A stretch of 43,779 nt of DNA, taken from NCBI GenBank assembly GCA_020047875.1, contig JAIFNE010000089.1:1-43779 (forward strand), given 5' to 3'. Shown one piece after another: positions 33,318 to 43,779 of this stretch. The position numbers and the translations under genes were made by a program. The DNA comes from Hydrogenophaga sp. (lineage in GTDB: Bacteria > Pseudomonadota > Gammaproteobacteria > Burkholderiales > Burkholderiaceae_C). Position 1 is the first letter of the stretch. Each line of letters begins with the position of its first letter. A model generated the notes under the pieces. That model had not been told where the DNA came from. It made no database searches and saw only the letters and a program-made list of their open reading frames with translations.

Positions 33318-34040
33318 TCAGTTGTCTTCGGTCGGGCTGGCGTAGAGGTTTGCACTGTTGGTGACGTTGGTCACGGATCCGGCGTCCAGATGAACAACGT
33401 CTTCAGCGAGGCATGCGATGTCGTCATCGTCGTGGGTAATGAGAAGCATGGGCAGCTTCAATTCGGTTTGAAGCTCCTTGAGTTCCTGGCGCAACGAGTG
33501 GCGCAGGTGCTTGTCCAGGGCGGCAAATGGTTCGTCGAGAAGCAGGGCGGCTGGCTGTGTGACCAGGGTGCGGGCCAGGGCCGTGCGCTGACGCTGGCCG
33601 CCTGAAATCTGGTGAGGATAGTGGCTGGCGTGTGCCTGAAGCCGGAAGCTTCTCAGCCAGTGATCAACCCGCCCGTCTTGCACCTTGGCCGATGGGTTGC
33701 GCCACCCAGCGTTCAGCGCAAACGCGATGTTCTGGCGCACCGTCAGGTGAGGGAAAAGGGCGTAGTCCTGAAACACATAGGCCAGGCGCCGTTGCTGTGG
33801 CGTGAGTGAGATGCCGGCGCTGGTGTCGCACAGCACACGTCCACGCAGCGCCACGCGCCCCTTATCGGGCGGGGAGATGCCAGCGATCATGCGCAGTGTC
33901 TGGGTTTTGCCAGCACCCGAGGACCCGTGGAGGACCACCCGCTGCGCCGCGCTCGTGAACTGCACGTTGAGTGCAAAGCGGGTGTTATCGTGGCGAAGCT
34001 GTCTGCGCAACGCAACGTCCCAGACCATGGGTGTTGTCAT
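33318..34040 (-). CDS. modC: Molybdate ABC transporter ATP-binding subunit (short, no TOBE domain)
   Basis: GSSGAGKT, VFQDYALFPHL, ISGGQRQR, LLDEPF and ITHD motifs; in the mod operon. Confidence 0.85.
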   Translation of the reverse strand: MTTPMVWDVALRRQLRHDNTRFALNVQFTSAAQRVVLHGSSGAGKTQTLRMIAGISPPDKGRVALRGRVLCDTSAGISLTPQQRRLAYVFQDYALFPHLTVRQNIAFALNAGWRNPSAKVQDGRVDHWLRSFRLQAHASHYPHQISGGQRQRTALARTLVTQPAALLLDEPFAALDKHLRHSLRQELKELQTELKLPMLLITHDDDDIACLAEDVVHLDAGSVTNVTNSANLYASPTEDN

Positions 34041-34050
34041 GGGAGCGCTA

Positions 34051-34725
34051 TCAGCCACGTGCCACCACCCTGCCTGGCACCAGGCGGCCCGCACTCAGCA
34101 GCACCGCGATACAGGTGATTGAGGTGATGGCGACCAGGAAATTCGCGGTGTCGTCCTGGCCAGCTTGGACCGCCTCATAGACTGCGATGGAGAGTGTCTG
34201 GGTTTTACCGGCGATGCTTCCAGCGACCATCAGCGTGGCGCCGAATTCACCCAGCGCGCGTGCAAACGCGAGCAGCAGGCCGGCCAGGATGCCACGCCAG
34301 GCCAGCGGCAGCGAGATGCGGACGAAAACCGACAGTTCGTGGATGCCCAGCGTGCGCGCCGCGTCTTCCAGCTGCGGGTCAACCGTCTCGAAGGCCGCGC
34401 GTGCCGCCTTGAAAACCAGCGGAAACGACACGATGGTGGCTGCGATGACTGCAGCCTGCCAGGTGAAGATGAGCCGGATGCCGAAGTGTTCGAGCAACCA
34501 AGAGCCGATTACGCCATGGCTGCCAATCACCACCAGCAGGTAGTAACCCAGCACAGTGGGGGGCATGACCATGGGTAACGTGAGCGCTGCATCGACCAGA
34601 TCGCGGCCTGGAAAGCGCCAACGAGCCAGAGCGTAGCCCATGCCCACACCGAGCAGCAAGTTGATCGCCGTGGCCCAGCCCGCCACCTTGAGCGAGAGGG
34701 CGAGTGCAACCCACGCGGCGTCCAT
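34051..34725 (-). CDS. modB: Molybdate ABC transporter permease
   Basis: LPMVMPPTVLGY, EDAARTLG and FARALGEFGAT motifs. Confidence 0.92.
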   Translation of the reverse strand: MDAAWVALALSLKVAGWATAINLLLGVGMGYALARWRFPGRDLVDAALTLPMVMPPTVLGYYLLVVIGSHGVIGSWLLEHFGIRLIFTWQAAVIAATIVSFPLVFKAARAAFETVDPQLEDAARTLGIHELSVFVRISLPLAWRGILAGLLLAFARALGEFGATLMVAGSIAGKTQTLSIAVYEAVQAGQDDTANFLVAITSITCIAVLLSAGRLVPGRVVARG

Positions 34726-34760
34726 CGTTCTGGGCTTCTTGACGGCTTGTGCAGGCAGGC

Positions 34761-35516
34761 TCAGGGCTTGCCAAACCCATGCCGGGCCAGCACAGCTTGA
34801 GCCGGCGGTGTGATGAGGAAGTCAACAAACCGGGTCGCGGCGTCGGCATTGGGTGCTCCCGTCAGCGGCGCCACCGGGTACAGGATCGGCTTCGATGTGG
34901 GCACGTTGAAGGCGACCTTTACCTTGTCGGGCAGGAGCGCGGCATCGGTGGCGTACACGAACCCAGCATCGACTTCGCCGCGAGCCACATAGTCCAGTGC
35001 CTGGCGTACGTTGTTTGCGCCAATCATCTTGGGCTCAATCACACCCCAGACCTTCGCTGCCTCCAGCACGCCCTTGGTGTAGCGTCCCACCGGCACGCTC
35101 GCCGGCAGGCCGATTGCAATGCGCGTGTAGCCCGACTGGCTGAGGTCGGTGACCGCTGCCGGCACCCGAGTGGCAGCGCTCGGCACGATCACCACCAGTG
35201 CATTGGAGACGAAATTGCGTCGCTGGCTGTTTTGGATCAGCCCGAGGGCCTGCGCCTGATCCATGGTTTCCTGGTCGGCGCTTGCGAACACGTCGGCTGG
35301 CGCCCCCTTGGCGATTTGCTGCAGCAGGGCGCCCGACGCGCCGAAGTTCAGTTGCACCTTTGTGCCGGGATGCGCAGCCTCAAACATCGGGGCGATTTCG
35401 CGCATGGCATTGGTCAGACTGGAGGCGGCCGAAACGGTGACGTCGGCAGCATGGGCAGCGAAGCTGATGCAGACCCCGGCAAAGGTTCCAAGAAAGCGAA
35501 GGGCGCGGGCGCTCAT
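34761..35516 (-). CDS. modA: Molybdate ABC transporter substrate-binding protein
   Basis: Signal peptide; SAASSL, FGASGAL, ADVFASA, VPVGRY and GFVYATDA motifs. Confidence 0.92.
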   Translation of the reverse strand: MSARALRFLGTFAGVCISFAAHAADVTVSAASSLTNAMREIAPMFEAAHPGTKVQLNFGASGALLQQIAKGAPADVFASADQETMDQAQALGLIQNSQRRNFVSNALVVIVPSAATRVPAAVTDLSQSGYTRIAIGLPASVPVGRYTKGVLEAAKVWGVIEPKMIGANNVRQALDYVARGEVDAGFVYATDAALLPDKVKVAFNVPTSKPILYPVAPLTGAPNADAATRFVDFLITPPAQAVLARHGFGKP

Positions 35517-35536
35517 GGGGTGCTCCGAAAACGAAT

Positions 35537-35560
35537 CGTAGTATCAAATTATACATAACG
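35537..35560. promoter_or_regulatory. ModE-binding box upstream of modA
   Basis: Minus strand reads CGTTATGTA-TAATTT-GATACTACG versus consensus CGTTATATA-N6-TATATAACG (8/9 and 6/9 matches), 20 bp before the modA start. Confidence 0.75.
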
Positions 35561-35657
35561 AAAACAGTGGGTAATGGTGGAGGATCTCGTGAGGTTTAAC
35601 ATCCAAATTTGGGCGGATTCAGGGTATCAATGTATCGAACCCGACACAGCGATTCGT

Positions 35658-35685
35658 GTCAGCCCATGACCCGTCATGGGCTGAC
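35658..35685. repeat. Perfect 13-bp inverted repeat
   Basis: GTCAGCCCATGAC-CC-GTCATGGGCTGAC; no U-tract on either side. Confidence 0.8.
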
Positions 35686-36008
35686 GGACTGACCTCGGTC
35701 GAGGCTCCTCGCTGCGCCGCCGCCTGGCCGCGAAACGCTTGACGGCTGCTCAGGCCTCCGAACGGCAATCGCCAGAGCAGAACGCGAGTAGCCGCAAGGG
35801 GCTGTCGATTGCGTCGCTGTAACTGTGAAATGCCCGAGGGAAAAGCGCCTGCTCTCGGCATCGCGCGACGCCGCCAGAAGCACAATGAGGCATGTCTGCT
35901 GTTGGTAAACGTAGACAGCCCGCGCTTTGGGTGCCTGGCGATAAGGCTGCCTCCAGGGATTGTTGACTTCGCCGGCGGAGGGAGACCTGGGCCGCTAGAA
36001 TGGATTTC

Positions 36009-36365
36009 ATGGCCACCAAGATACCCAAAAAGCCCGTTCTGCCTGCCTCGCCCCCGAGCGTCGGCAGCAACGATTCGGTTGTGCTGGAGCGGCGGACCCA
36101 GAAGGTCAAGCCGCCGCAAATGTTTCAGGTGGTGCTCCTCAACGACGATTTCACGCCGATGGAGTTCGTGGTCTACGTGATTCAGGAATTCTTCAGCAAA
36201 GACCGTGAAACCGCGACCCAGATCATGCTCAAGATCCACCTGGAAGGTAAAGGTATCTGCGGCGTGTACAGCCGCGATGTGGCCAGCACCAAGGTTGACC
36301 AGGTCACCCAGGCTTCGCGGGAAGCCGGGCACCCTTTGCAGTGTGTGAGTGAGCCCGTTGAATAA
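36009..36365 (+). CDS. clpS: ATP-dependent Clp protease adaptor
   Basis: [23 protein letters not shown] and HPLQC motifs; upstream of clpA. Confidence 0.95.
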   Translation: MATKIPKKPVLPASPPSVGSNDSVVLERRTQKVKPPQMFQVVLLNDDFTPMEFVVYVIQEFFSKDRETATQIMLKIHLEGKGICGVYSRDVASTKVDQVTQASREAGHPLQCVSEPVE

Positions 36366-36458
36366 ACCAATAAGTGCCCTACCTATGGCATCTTCCCCCC
36401 CTAACGTCCGGCCAGTGGCCCAGCGTTTCAGATCATCCCCAGCCCAAAGGAAGTGTCC

Positions 36459-38807
<2,349 letters not shown>

Positions 38808-38827
38808 TCTCAGGGAGCTTGCCCACA

Positions 38828-38857
38828 TGAAAAAGCCCGGCAAGCCGGGCTTTTTCA
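38828..38857. terminator. Bidirectional intrinsic terminator between clpA and the NUDIX gene
   Basis: TGAAAAAGCCCGGC-AA-GCCGGGCTTTTTCA. Confidence 0.85.
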
Positions 38858-38906
38858 CGCTTGTCTGAGCGCCTGTTTCGTTCGCTGGCGCAGAGGCTTC
38901 CGGGCC

Positions 38907-39461
38907 TCATCCGATGTCGCTCACGTGAAAACCGAAGGTGCCCGCCCGGCGGTCGTCGAAGTAGTGTTTGAGTGTCTCGCGCACGGTGCGAAAGGCGATC
39001 TCCTCCCACGGGATGTCGGCCTCCAGGAAGAGCCGGGCTTCCATGGTTTCGTGCCCCGGGTCAAAGCGGTCACTGAGCAGTCGGGCGCGGTAATAAAGGT
39101 GCACCTGGCCGACGCGCGCCACGTTCATCAGCGTGAACAGCGGGCCGAGTTCGATCTGCGCGCCAGCCTCTTCGTCGGTCTCCCGCTGCGCGCCCTCGGC
39201 GGTGGTCTCGTCGAGCTCCATGAAGCCGGCTGGCAAGGTCCATTTGCCGCGCCTCGGTTCGATGTTGCGCTTGCACAGCAACACATACTCGCCCGTCTCA
39301 CCCCACACCGGCACGGTGCCCACCACATTGAGCGGGTTTTCATAGTGCACGGTGGCGCAGACCGAACACACGGCTCGGGGCTTGGTGTCGCCATCGTCGG
39401 GCAGTCGGTAGTGGACCGGAGCGCCGCATTCGCGGCAGTGTTTGATGGGGCTGCGCTGCAT
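38907..39461 (-). CDS. NUDIX hydrolase with N-terminal zinc ribbon
   Basis: CRECG...CSVC zinc ribbon, HYENP, Nudix box GFMELDETTAEGAQRETDEEAG. Confidence 0.9.
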   Translation of the reverse strand: MQRSPIKHCRECGAPVHYRLPDDGDTKPRAVCSVCATVHYENPLNVVGTVPVWGETGEYVLLCKRNIEPRRGKWTLPAGFMELDETTAEGAQRETDEEAGAQIELGPLFTLMNVARVGQVHLYYRARLLSDRFDPGHETMEARLFLEADIPWEEIAFRTVRETLKHYFDDRRAGTFGFHVSDIG

Positions 39462-39555
39462 GGCGCCGAGTGTAGGTTGAAAGGAAACAAAGGGCTTCCG
39501 AAGAAGCCCTTTGTTTGAGTGCGGCGGGGCTCCCCGCTGGCACGCCCGGAACGGC

Positions 39556-40608
39556 TCAGGCCTTGGTGGTCTTGCCGTGTTTGGCGATCAGGTTGCGCGC
39601 GGTGTCGAGCAGCTGCTTGCCGTTGAAGCCCCGCTTGTCCATGTCTTGTACCCACTCCACTTCCACCAGCCGGGCTTTACGTTTGAATTCCTGCGCTTCT
39701 GCCGGGGGCACGGTGTGGATGGTGTTGCCCAGCTTGGAGGCCGATTCGCGTCCGGGCACGTCGCCCGCCTGCTGGGTCTTGCCCAGCCAACCCGAGGTTT
39801 CCAGGCCGGAATTCTTGTCAATCACGGCCTTGAGGTCGGGGGCCAGGGAGGCGTACTTGGCCTTGTTCATCGCCATCACGAAGGTGGTGGTGTAGAGCGC
39901 GCCACCAGCAGGGTCGAATTCGCTGTGGAACTTCGCCAGCTCGTTCACCTTCACCGAGGGCACCACCTCCCAGGGAATCACGCAGCCATCGATCACGCCT
40001 TTGGACAACGAGTCGGTGATGGCGGGCAGTGGCATGCCCACGGGCGTGGCGCCCAGGTAACCCAACATTTTGGTGATCTGGCGGGTGGGGCCGCGGACCT
40101 TGGAGCCCGCCAGATCGGCGGCGGTCTTGATCAGCTTGCTGCGCATGTGAATCGCGCCCGGGCCGTGTACATGCAGGGCGATGGTTTGCACGTCTTTGAA
40201 TTCGTCTGGCGCCATGGTCTGCACGTACTCCCACAGGGCCTTGGAGGTGGCCTCGGCGCTGTTCATCATGAACGGAAGCTCGAAGGCCTCAACGCGAGGA
40301 AAGCGGCCCGGCGTGTTGCCCGGCAAGGTCCAGACGATGTCGACCACACCGTCTTTGGCCTGGTCAAAGAGCTGTACCGGCGAGCCGCCCAGCTGCATGG
40401 CCGGGTAGGCCTCGAATTTGATTCGACCTTGGGCGTCTGCGGTGACCTTGTCCATCCAGGCCTTGTGCATCTTGAGCCACACATTCGATTGCGGCGACAT
40501 GAAGGTGTGGAATTTGAGGGTGACGCTCTGCTGCGCAAAACCCACCAGCGCCGGCGCACCGAAGGCCAGTGCGGCGCCGGACTGGATCAGCGTTCTGCGT
40601 TGAATCAT
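39556..40608 (-). CDS. TRAP transporter solute-binding protein (DctP family), Tat-type signal
   Basis: MIQRRTLI leader; YPAMQLGG, DGVVDIVW, GSKVRGP and GATPVGMP motifs. Confidence 0.88.
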   Translation of the reverse strand: MIQRRTLIQSGAALAFGAPALVGFAQQSVTLKFHTFMSPQSNVWLKMHKAWMDKVTADAQGRIKFEAYPAMQLGGSPVQLFDQAKDGVVDIVWTLPGNTPGRFPRVEAFELPFMMNSAEATSKALWEYVQTMAPDEFKDVQTIALHVHGPGAIHMRSKLIKTAADLAGSKVRGPTRQITKMLGYLGATPVGMPLPAITDSLSKGVIDGCVIPWEVVPSVKVNELAKFHSEFDPAGGALYTTTFVMAMNKAKYASLAPDLKAVIDKNSGLETSGWLGKTQQAGDVPGRESASKLGNTIHTVPPAEAQEFKRKARLVEVEWVQDMDKRGFNGKQLLDTARNLIAKHGKTTKA

Positions 40609-40731
40609 GAAAAATCTCCGATGAGGACTGAAGAAAGTGACCGTTGAGGTTCGGGCAATCGTAAGGAATCCGGCCCGCAGGCGCTTCGGGTCAAACCCGA
40701 ACACTGGCAGGTTGTACCGGCGCCTTGCTGA

Positions 40732-41427
40732 TCAGGTCACCCGCACCGAAATCGATGCCAGGCCTTCGGCTCCAGCGCGCATGATGTCACCGCGGCACAC
40801 CGCGCCCACACCCTCAGGCGTACCGGTGTAGATGAGATCGCCGGGTTGAAGCGCCCAGGCGGTGGACAGGTGCTCGATCACCTCGCCGATGTTCCAGATC
40901 AGCTTGCTGACCTGGCTGCGCTGGCGGTCGATGCCGTTGACCTGCATCCACAGCTCGGCGCTGGCGATGTCGGGCGCCTGGGCGGCAGGTGTGATCGGGC
41001 CGATGGGTGCCGACTGATCGTGGGCCTTGCCAATGCACCACGGGCGCCCCTGCTTTTTCATCTCGGTTTGCAGGTCGCGGCGCGTCATGTCGAGCCCGAC
41101 CGCGTAGCCAAAGATGTGCGCTTGCGCCGCAGCCGCGGAAATGTTTTGGCCGCCACGGCCGATGGCCACCACCAGCTCCACCTCGTGGTGGAGGTTCTGG
41201 GTCAGGCTGGGGTAGGGCATGTCAACGGTCTGCCCGGCCTCGGCCACCACGATGGCATCGGCCGGCTTGAGGAAGAAAAACGGGGGTTCGCGACCGGTGA
41301 AGCCCATTTCTTTGGCGTGCTCCTCGTAGTTGCGGCCGACGCAGTAGATGCGGTGCACCGGGAAGCGCTCATCGGTCCCCAGCACGGGCACGGCGATGGA
41401 GGGTGGTGGCGGGAAGGCGAAGCGCAT
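40732..41427 (-). CDS. Fumarylacetoacetate hydrolase family protein (fumarylpyruvate hydrolase-like)
   Basis: IYCVGRNYEEHAKEMG, HHEVEL, GLDMTRRDLQ and GDLIYTGTPEGVG motifs. Confidence 0.9.
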   Translation of the reverse strand: MRFAFPPPPSIAVPVLGTDERFPVHRIYCVGRNYEEHAKEMGFTGREPPFFFLKPADAIVVAEAGQTVDMPYPSLTQNLHHEVELVVAIGRGGQNISAAAAQAHIFGYAVGLDMTRRDLQTEMKKQGRPWCIGKAHDQSAPIGPITPAAQAPDIASAELWMQVNGIDRQRSQVSKLIWNIGEVIEHLSTAWALQPGDLIYTGTPEGVGAVCRGDIMRAGAEGLASISVRVT

Positions 41428-41479
41428 AAAAAGCTTTTTTGAGTGGTCCAGAAACCCGCAGTGTAAGGAGCGCCCGTGC

Positions 41480-41803
41480 TCAGTATTGACTGACCGGCAG
41501 GTACACCAGCAGGCCGTCGAGTTCGGGCGTGAGCATGATCTGGCAGCTCAGCCGGCTGCCGGGCCCCAGCGGGCTGGCAGCGAAGTCCAGCATGTCGCTT
41601 TCGTCCTGCACCGGTGGCAGCAGTTGCTGGGCCCAGGCGGCATCGACCATCACATGGCAGGTGGCGCAGGTGAGGGTGCCGCCGCAGTCGGCGTCGATAC
41701 CGCGAACGCCGGCGTCCACCGCCGCTTTCATGAGGCTTTGGCCGGGTTGTGCGTGGATGTCTTGCACCGACTGGTCGGCAGCGACGAAGCGGATCTGGAT
41801 CAT
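41480..41803 (-). CDS. 2Fe-2S ferredoxin (putidaredoxin/adrenodoxin type)
   Basis: C-terminal part of ORF 41480..42334 from MIQIRFVA; CGGTLTCATCHV and SRLSCQI motifs. Confidence 0.9.
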   Translation of the reverse strand: MIQIRFVAADQSVQDIHAQPGQSLMKAAVDAGVRGIDADCGGTLTCATCHVMVDAAWAQQLLPPVQDESDMLDFAASPLGPGSRLSCQIMLTPELDGLLVYLPVSQY

Positions 41804-41941
41804 GTTGCTCAAAAAAGCGGGATGCTGGGTTTGCTGATCAGTGTGCAGCCTGGCGCATGACCCTGCAAGCCACCGGAATCCCAAGGGCAGAGCAGCGCGG
41901 CTGGTCGTTGGCTGGTGCTGGTGCCGGTGTATCGTGGCGGC

Positions 41942-43485
41942 ATGGACACTGCCACCGAACCCCAGCCGACCCAGCCCGCGCGATCCGTGCTCGCCGATTC
42001 GACGCCGTCCAAAGGCCTCTCTCTCAAGCGGGTGGCCATCGACACGTACCACGAGAACGTGGCCTACCTCCACCGCGACTGCGCGGTCTACCGGGCAGAG
42101 GGCTTCCAGGCGCTCTCCAAGGTGGAGGTGCACGCCAACGGCAACAGCATTTTGGCCACCCTCAACGTGGTGGACGATTCGTCCATCGTCGGCTGCGGCG
42201 AGCTGGGCGTGTCGGAAGATGCGTTTGCGCAGCTTGAGGTGCCCGACGGCCACGTGGCCACGGTGTCCCAGGCCGAACCGCCGGTGTCGATGCCTGCGCT
42301 GTTTCGCAAGATCAACGGCGAGCGGCTGGACCACGAAGACTTTGCCGCGATCGTGCGACCGCGTTTGTGGTGGCCTGCAACCGCAGCGAGCTGGATCGCG
42401 AAGAGGTCTATTTCCTCACCGAGGCCATGGTGGCCAGCGGCCGGCGGCTCGACTGGCAGGCGCCGCTGGTGGTGGACAAGCACTGCATCGGTGGTATCCC
42501 CGGCAACCGCACCTCGATGCTGGTGGTGCCCATCGTGGCCGCCTACGGGCTGGCTTTTCCCAAGACCTCCTCGCGCGCCATCACATCGCCGGCGGGTACC
42601 GCCGACACCATGGCGGTGCTGGCCAATGTGGAGCTGCCGTTTGATCGGCTGATCGACATCGTGCGCCGACACCACGGCTGTCTGGTCTGGGGCGGTACCG
42701 CCAATTTGTCCCCGGCTGACGATGTGTTGATTTCGGTCGAACGCCCGCTGAACATCGACTCGCCTGGCCAGATGGTGGCATCCATCCTGTCCAAGAAAGT
42801 GGCGGCGGGTTCCACCCACCTGGTCCTCGACATCCCCATCGGCCCCACCGCCAAGGTGCGTTCCATGCCCGAGGCGCAGAAGCTGCGGCGCCTGTTCGAA
42901 TACGTGGCGCAGCGGCTGCACCTGTCGCTGGATGTGGTGATCACCGACGGGCGCGAGCCGATCGGCCGCGGCGTGGGCCCGGTGCTGGAGGCGCGCGATG
43001 TGATGCAGGTGCTTGAAAACCACCCCGACGCGCCGTCCGATTTGCGCCAGAAGTCGCTGCGGCTGGCCGGCCGCATCATCGAATGCAGCCCCGATGTGCG
43101 GGGCGGTGACGGCTATGGCATCGCGCGCGACATTCTCGATTCCGGTCGCGCGCTGGCGCAGATGCAGGCCATGATCGCCGCGCAGGGCAGCCGGGGTTTC
43201 GATCACAAGCATCCGCCGCTGGGCGCGCTCACGCTCGATGTGGTGGGCATCGACAACCTGCAGATCGCCCGCATTGCCCGGCTCGCTGGCGCACCCAAGG
43301 TGATCGGCGCCGGCCTCGATTTGAGCGCCAAGCTGGGCGACCGGGTGGCCCAGGGCGATCTGCTGTACCGGGTGTACGCCAGCTACCCGGCCGATCTGGC
43401 GTTTGCGCGCCAGGCGCTGGAGCGCGCCAGCGGCTACTCGCTGGGTAGCGCCGACCAACTGCCCCAGGTGTTTGTGGAGTTTTGA
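41942..43485 (+). pseudogene. Thymidine phosphorylase / AMP phosphorylase-like gene, frameshifted near 42357
   Basis: N-terminal part is in the frame of ORF 41915 ([16 protein letters not shown]...FAAIVR); the remainder is in the frame of ORF 42367 (TAFVVAC...[28 protein letters not shown]). Could be a real pseudogene or an assembly error. Confidence 0.8.
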
Positions 43486-43779
43486 TGACGATGGTTGCTG
43501 CGCCCGGCGCGGGCTGTTTGCTGCATTTCTCGGAAGACGCGGCCGTTGCCGAGCGCGCGGCCCTTGCTGCCGGACTCCCGGCGCGGGTCATTGAGCGCCA
43601 CCGATTCCCCGACGGCGAGCTGCGGCTCCAGTTGCCCCCGAAACCGCCCGCGCGCGTGGTGGTCTGGCGCTCGCTGGCCGATCCGAATGAAAAACTCGTC
43701 GAGCTGCTGCTGGTGGCGCAGGCCGCCCGCGCGCTGGGCGCGCAGCACCTCACGCTGGTTGCGCCCTACCTCGCCTACA
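43485..43779 (+). CDS. Ribose-phosphate pyrophosphokinase, N-terminal part (runs off window end)
   Basis: Manual translation from ATG 43485: ...IERHRFPDGELRLQL...PNEKLVELLL...LVAPYLAY, containing the FPDGE and PYLAY PRPP-synthase motifs. TGATG overlap with the upstream gene. Confidence 0.88.
   Translation, partial: MTMVAAPGAGCLLHFSEDAAVAERAALAAGLPARVIERHRFPDGELRLQLPPKPPARVVVWRSLADPNEKLVELLLVAQAARALGAQHLTLVAPYLAY

Noticed and set aside
35570-35600. Possible duplicated icd 3' end marking an icd-targeted integration
   Set aside because: Similarity to 32340-32363 is too weak to distinguish from chance.

Overview
GC-rich betaproteobacterial chromosomal segment; gene order and protein sequences suggest Comamonadaceae (inference). 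The left end holds a partial pobA with a divergent IclR/PobR-type regulator, then a 161-bp palindromic MITE-like element flanked by CTAG. A complete type I Wadjet anti-plasmid operon (jetABCD) follows and ends about 210 bp from the 3' end of tRNA-Arg(UCU), next to tRNA-Pro(UGG); no integrase is present in the window. The rest is mostly core genome: an acyl-CoA catabolic cluster (APH-family kinase + acyl-CoA dehydrogenase, Crp/Fnr regulator, enoyl-CoA hydratase, 3-hydroxyacyl-CoA dehydrogenase), a FimV-like protein, lexA with tandem SOS boxes, asparaginase followed by an uncharacterised membrane/exported protein pair, adk-kdsB-Trm112-lpxK-exbBD, xseA, sodB, two IDH isozymes, modABC-modE with a ModE box, clpSA, NUDIX, an orphan TRAP solute-binding protein, an FAH-family hydrolase and a 2Fe-2S ferredoxin. 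The window ends with a frameshifted thymidine/AMP phosphorylase gene and a partial prs. The best candidates for undescribed biology are the exported His-His protein + membrane protein pair (possible CopCD-like metal system), the MITE and mini-ORF leader upstream of jetA, the LvaA/LvaC-like pair and the small ORF downstream of lexA. All calls come from reading motifs; no database searches were run.
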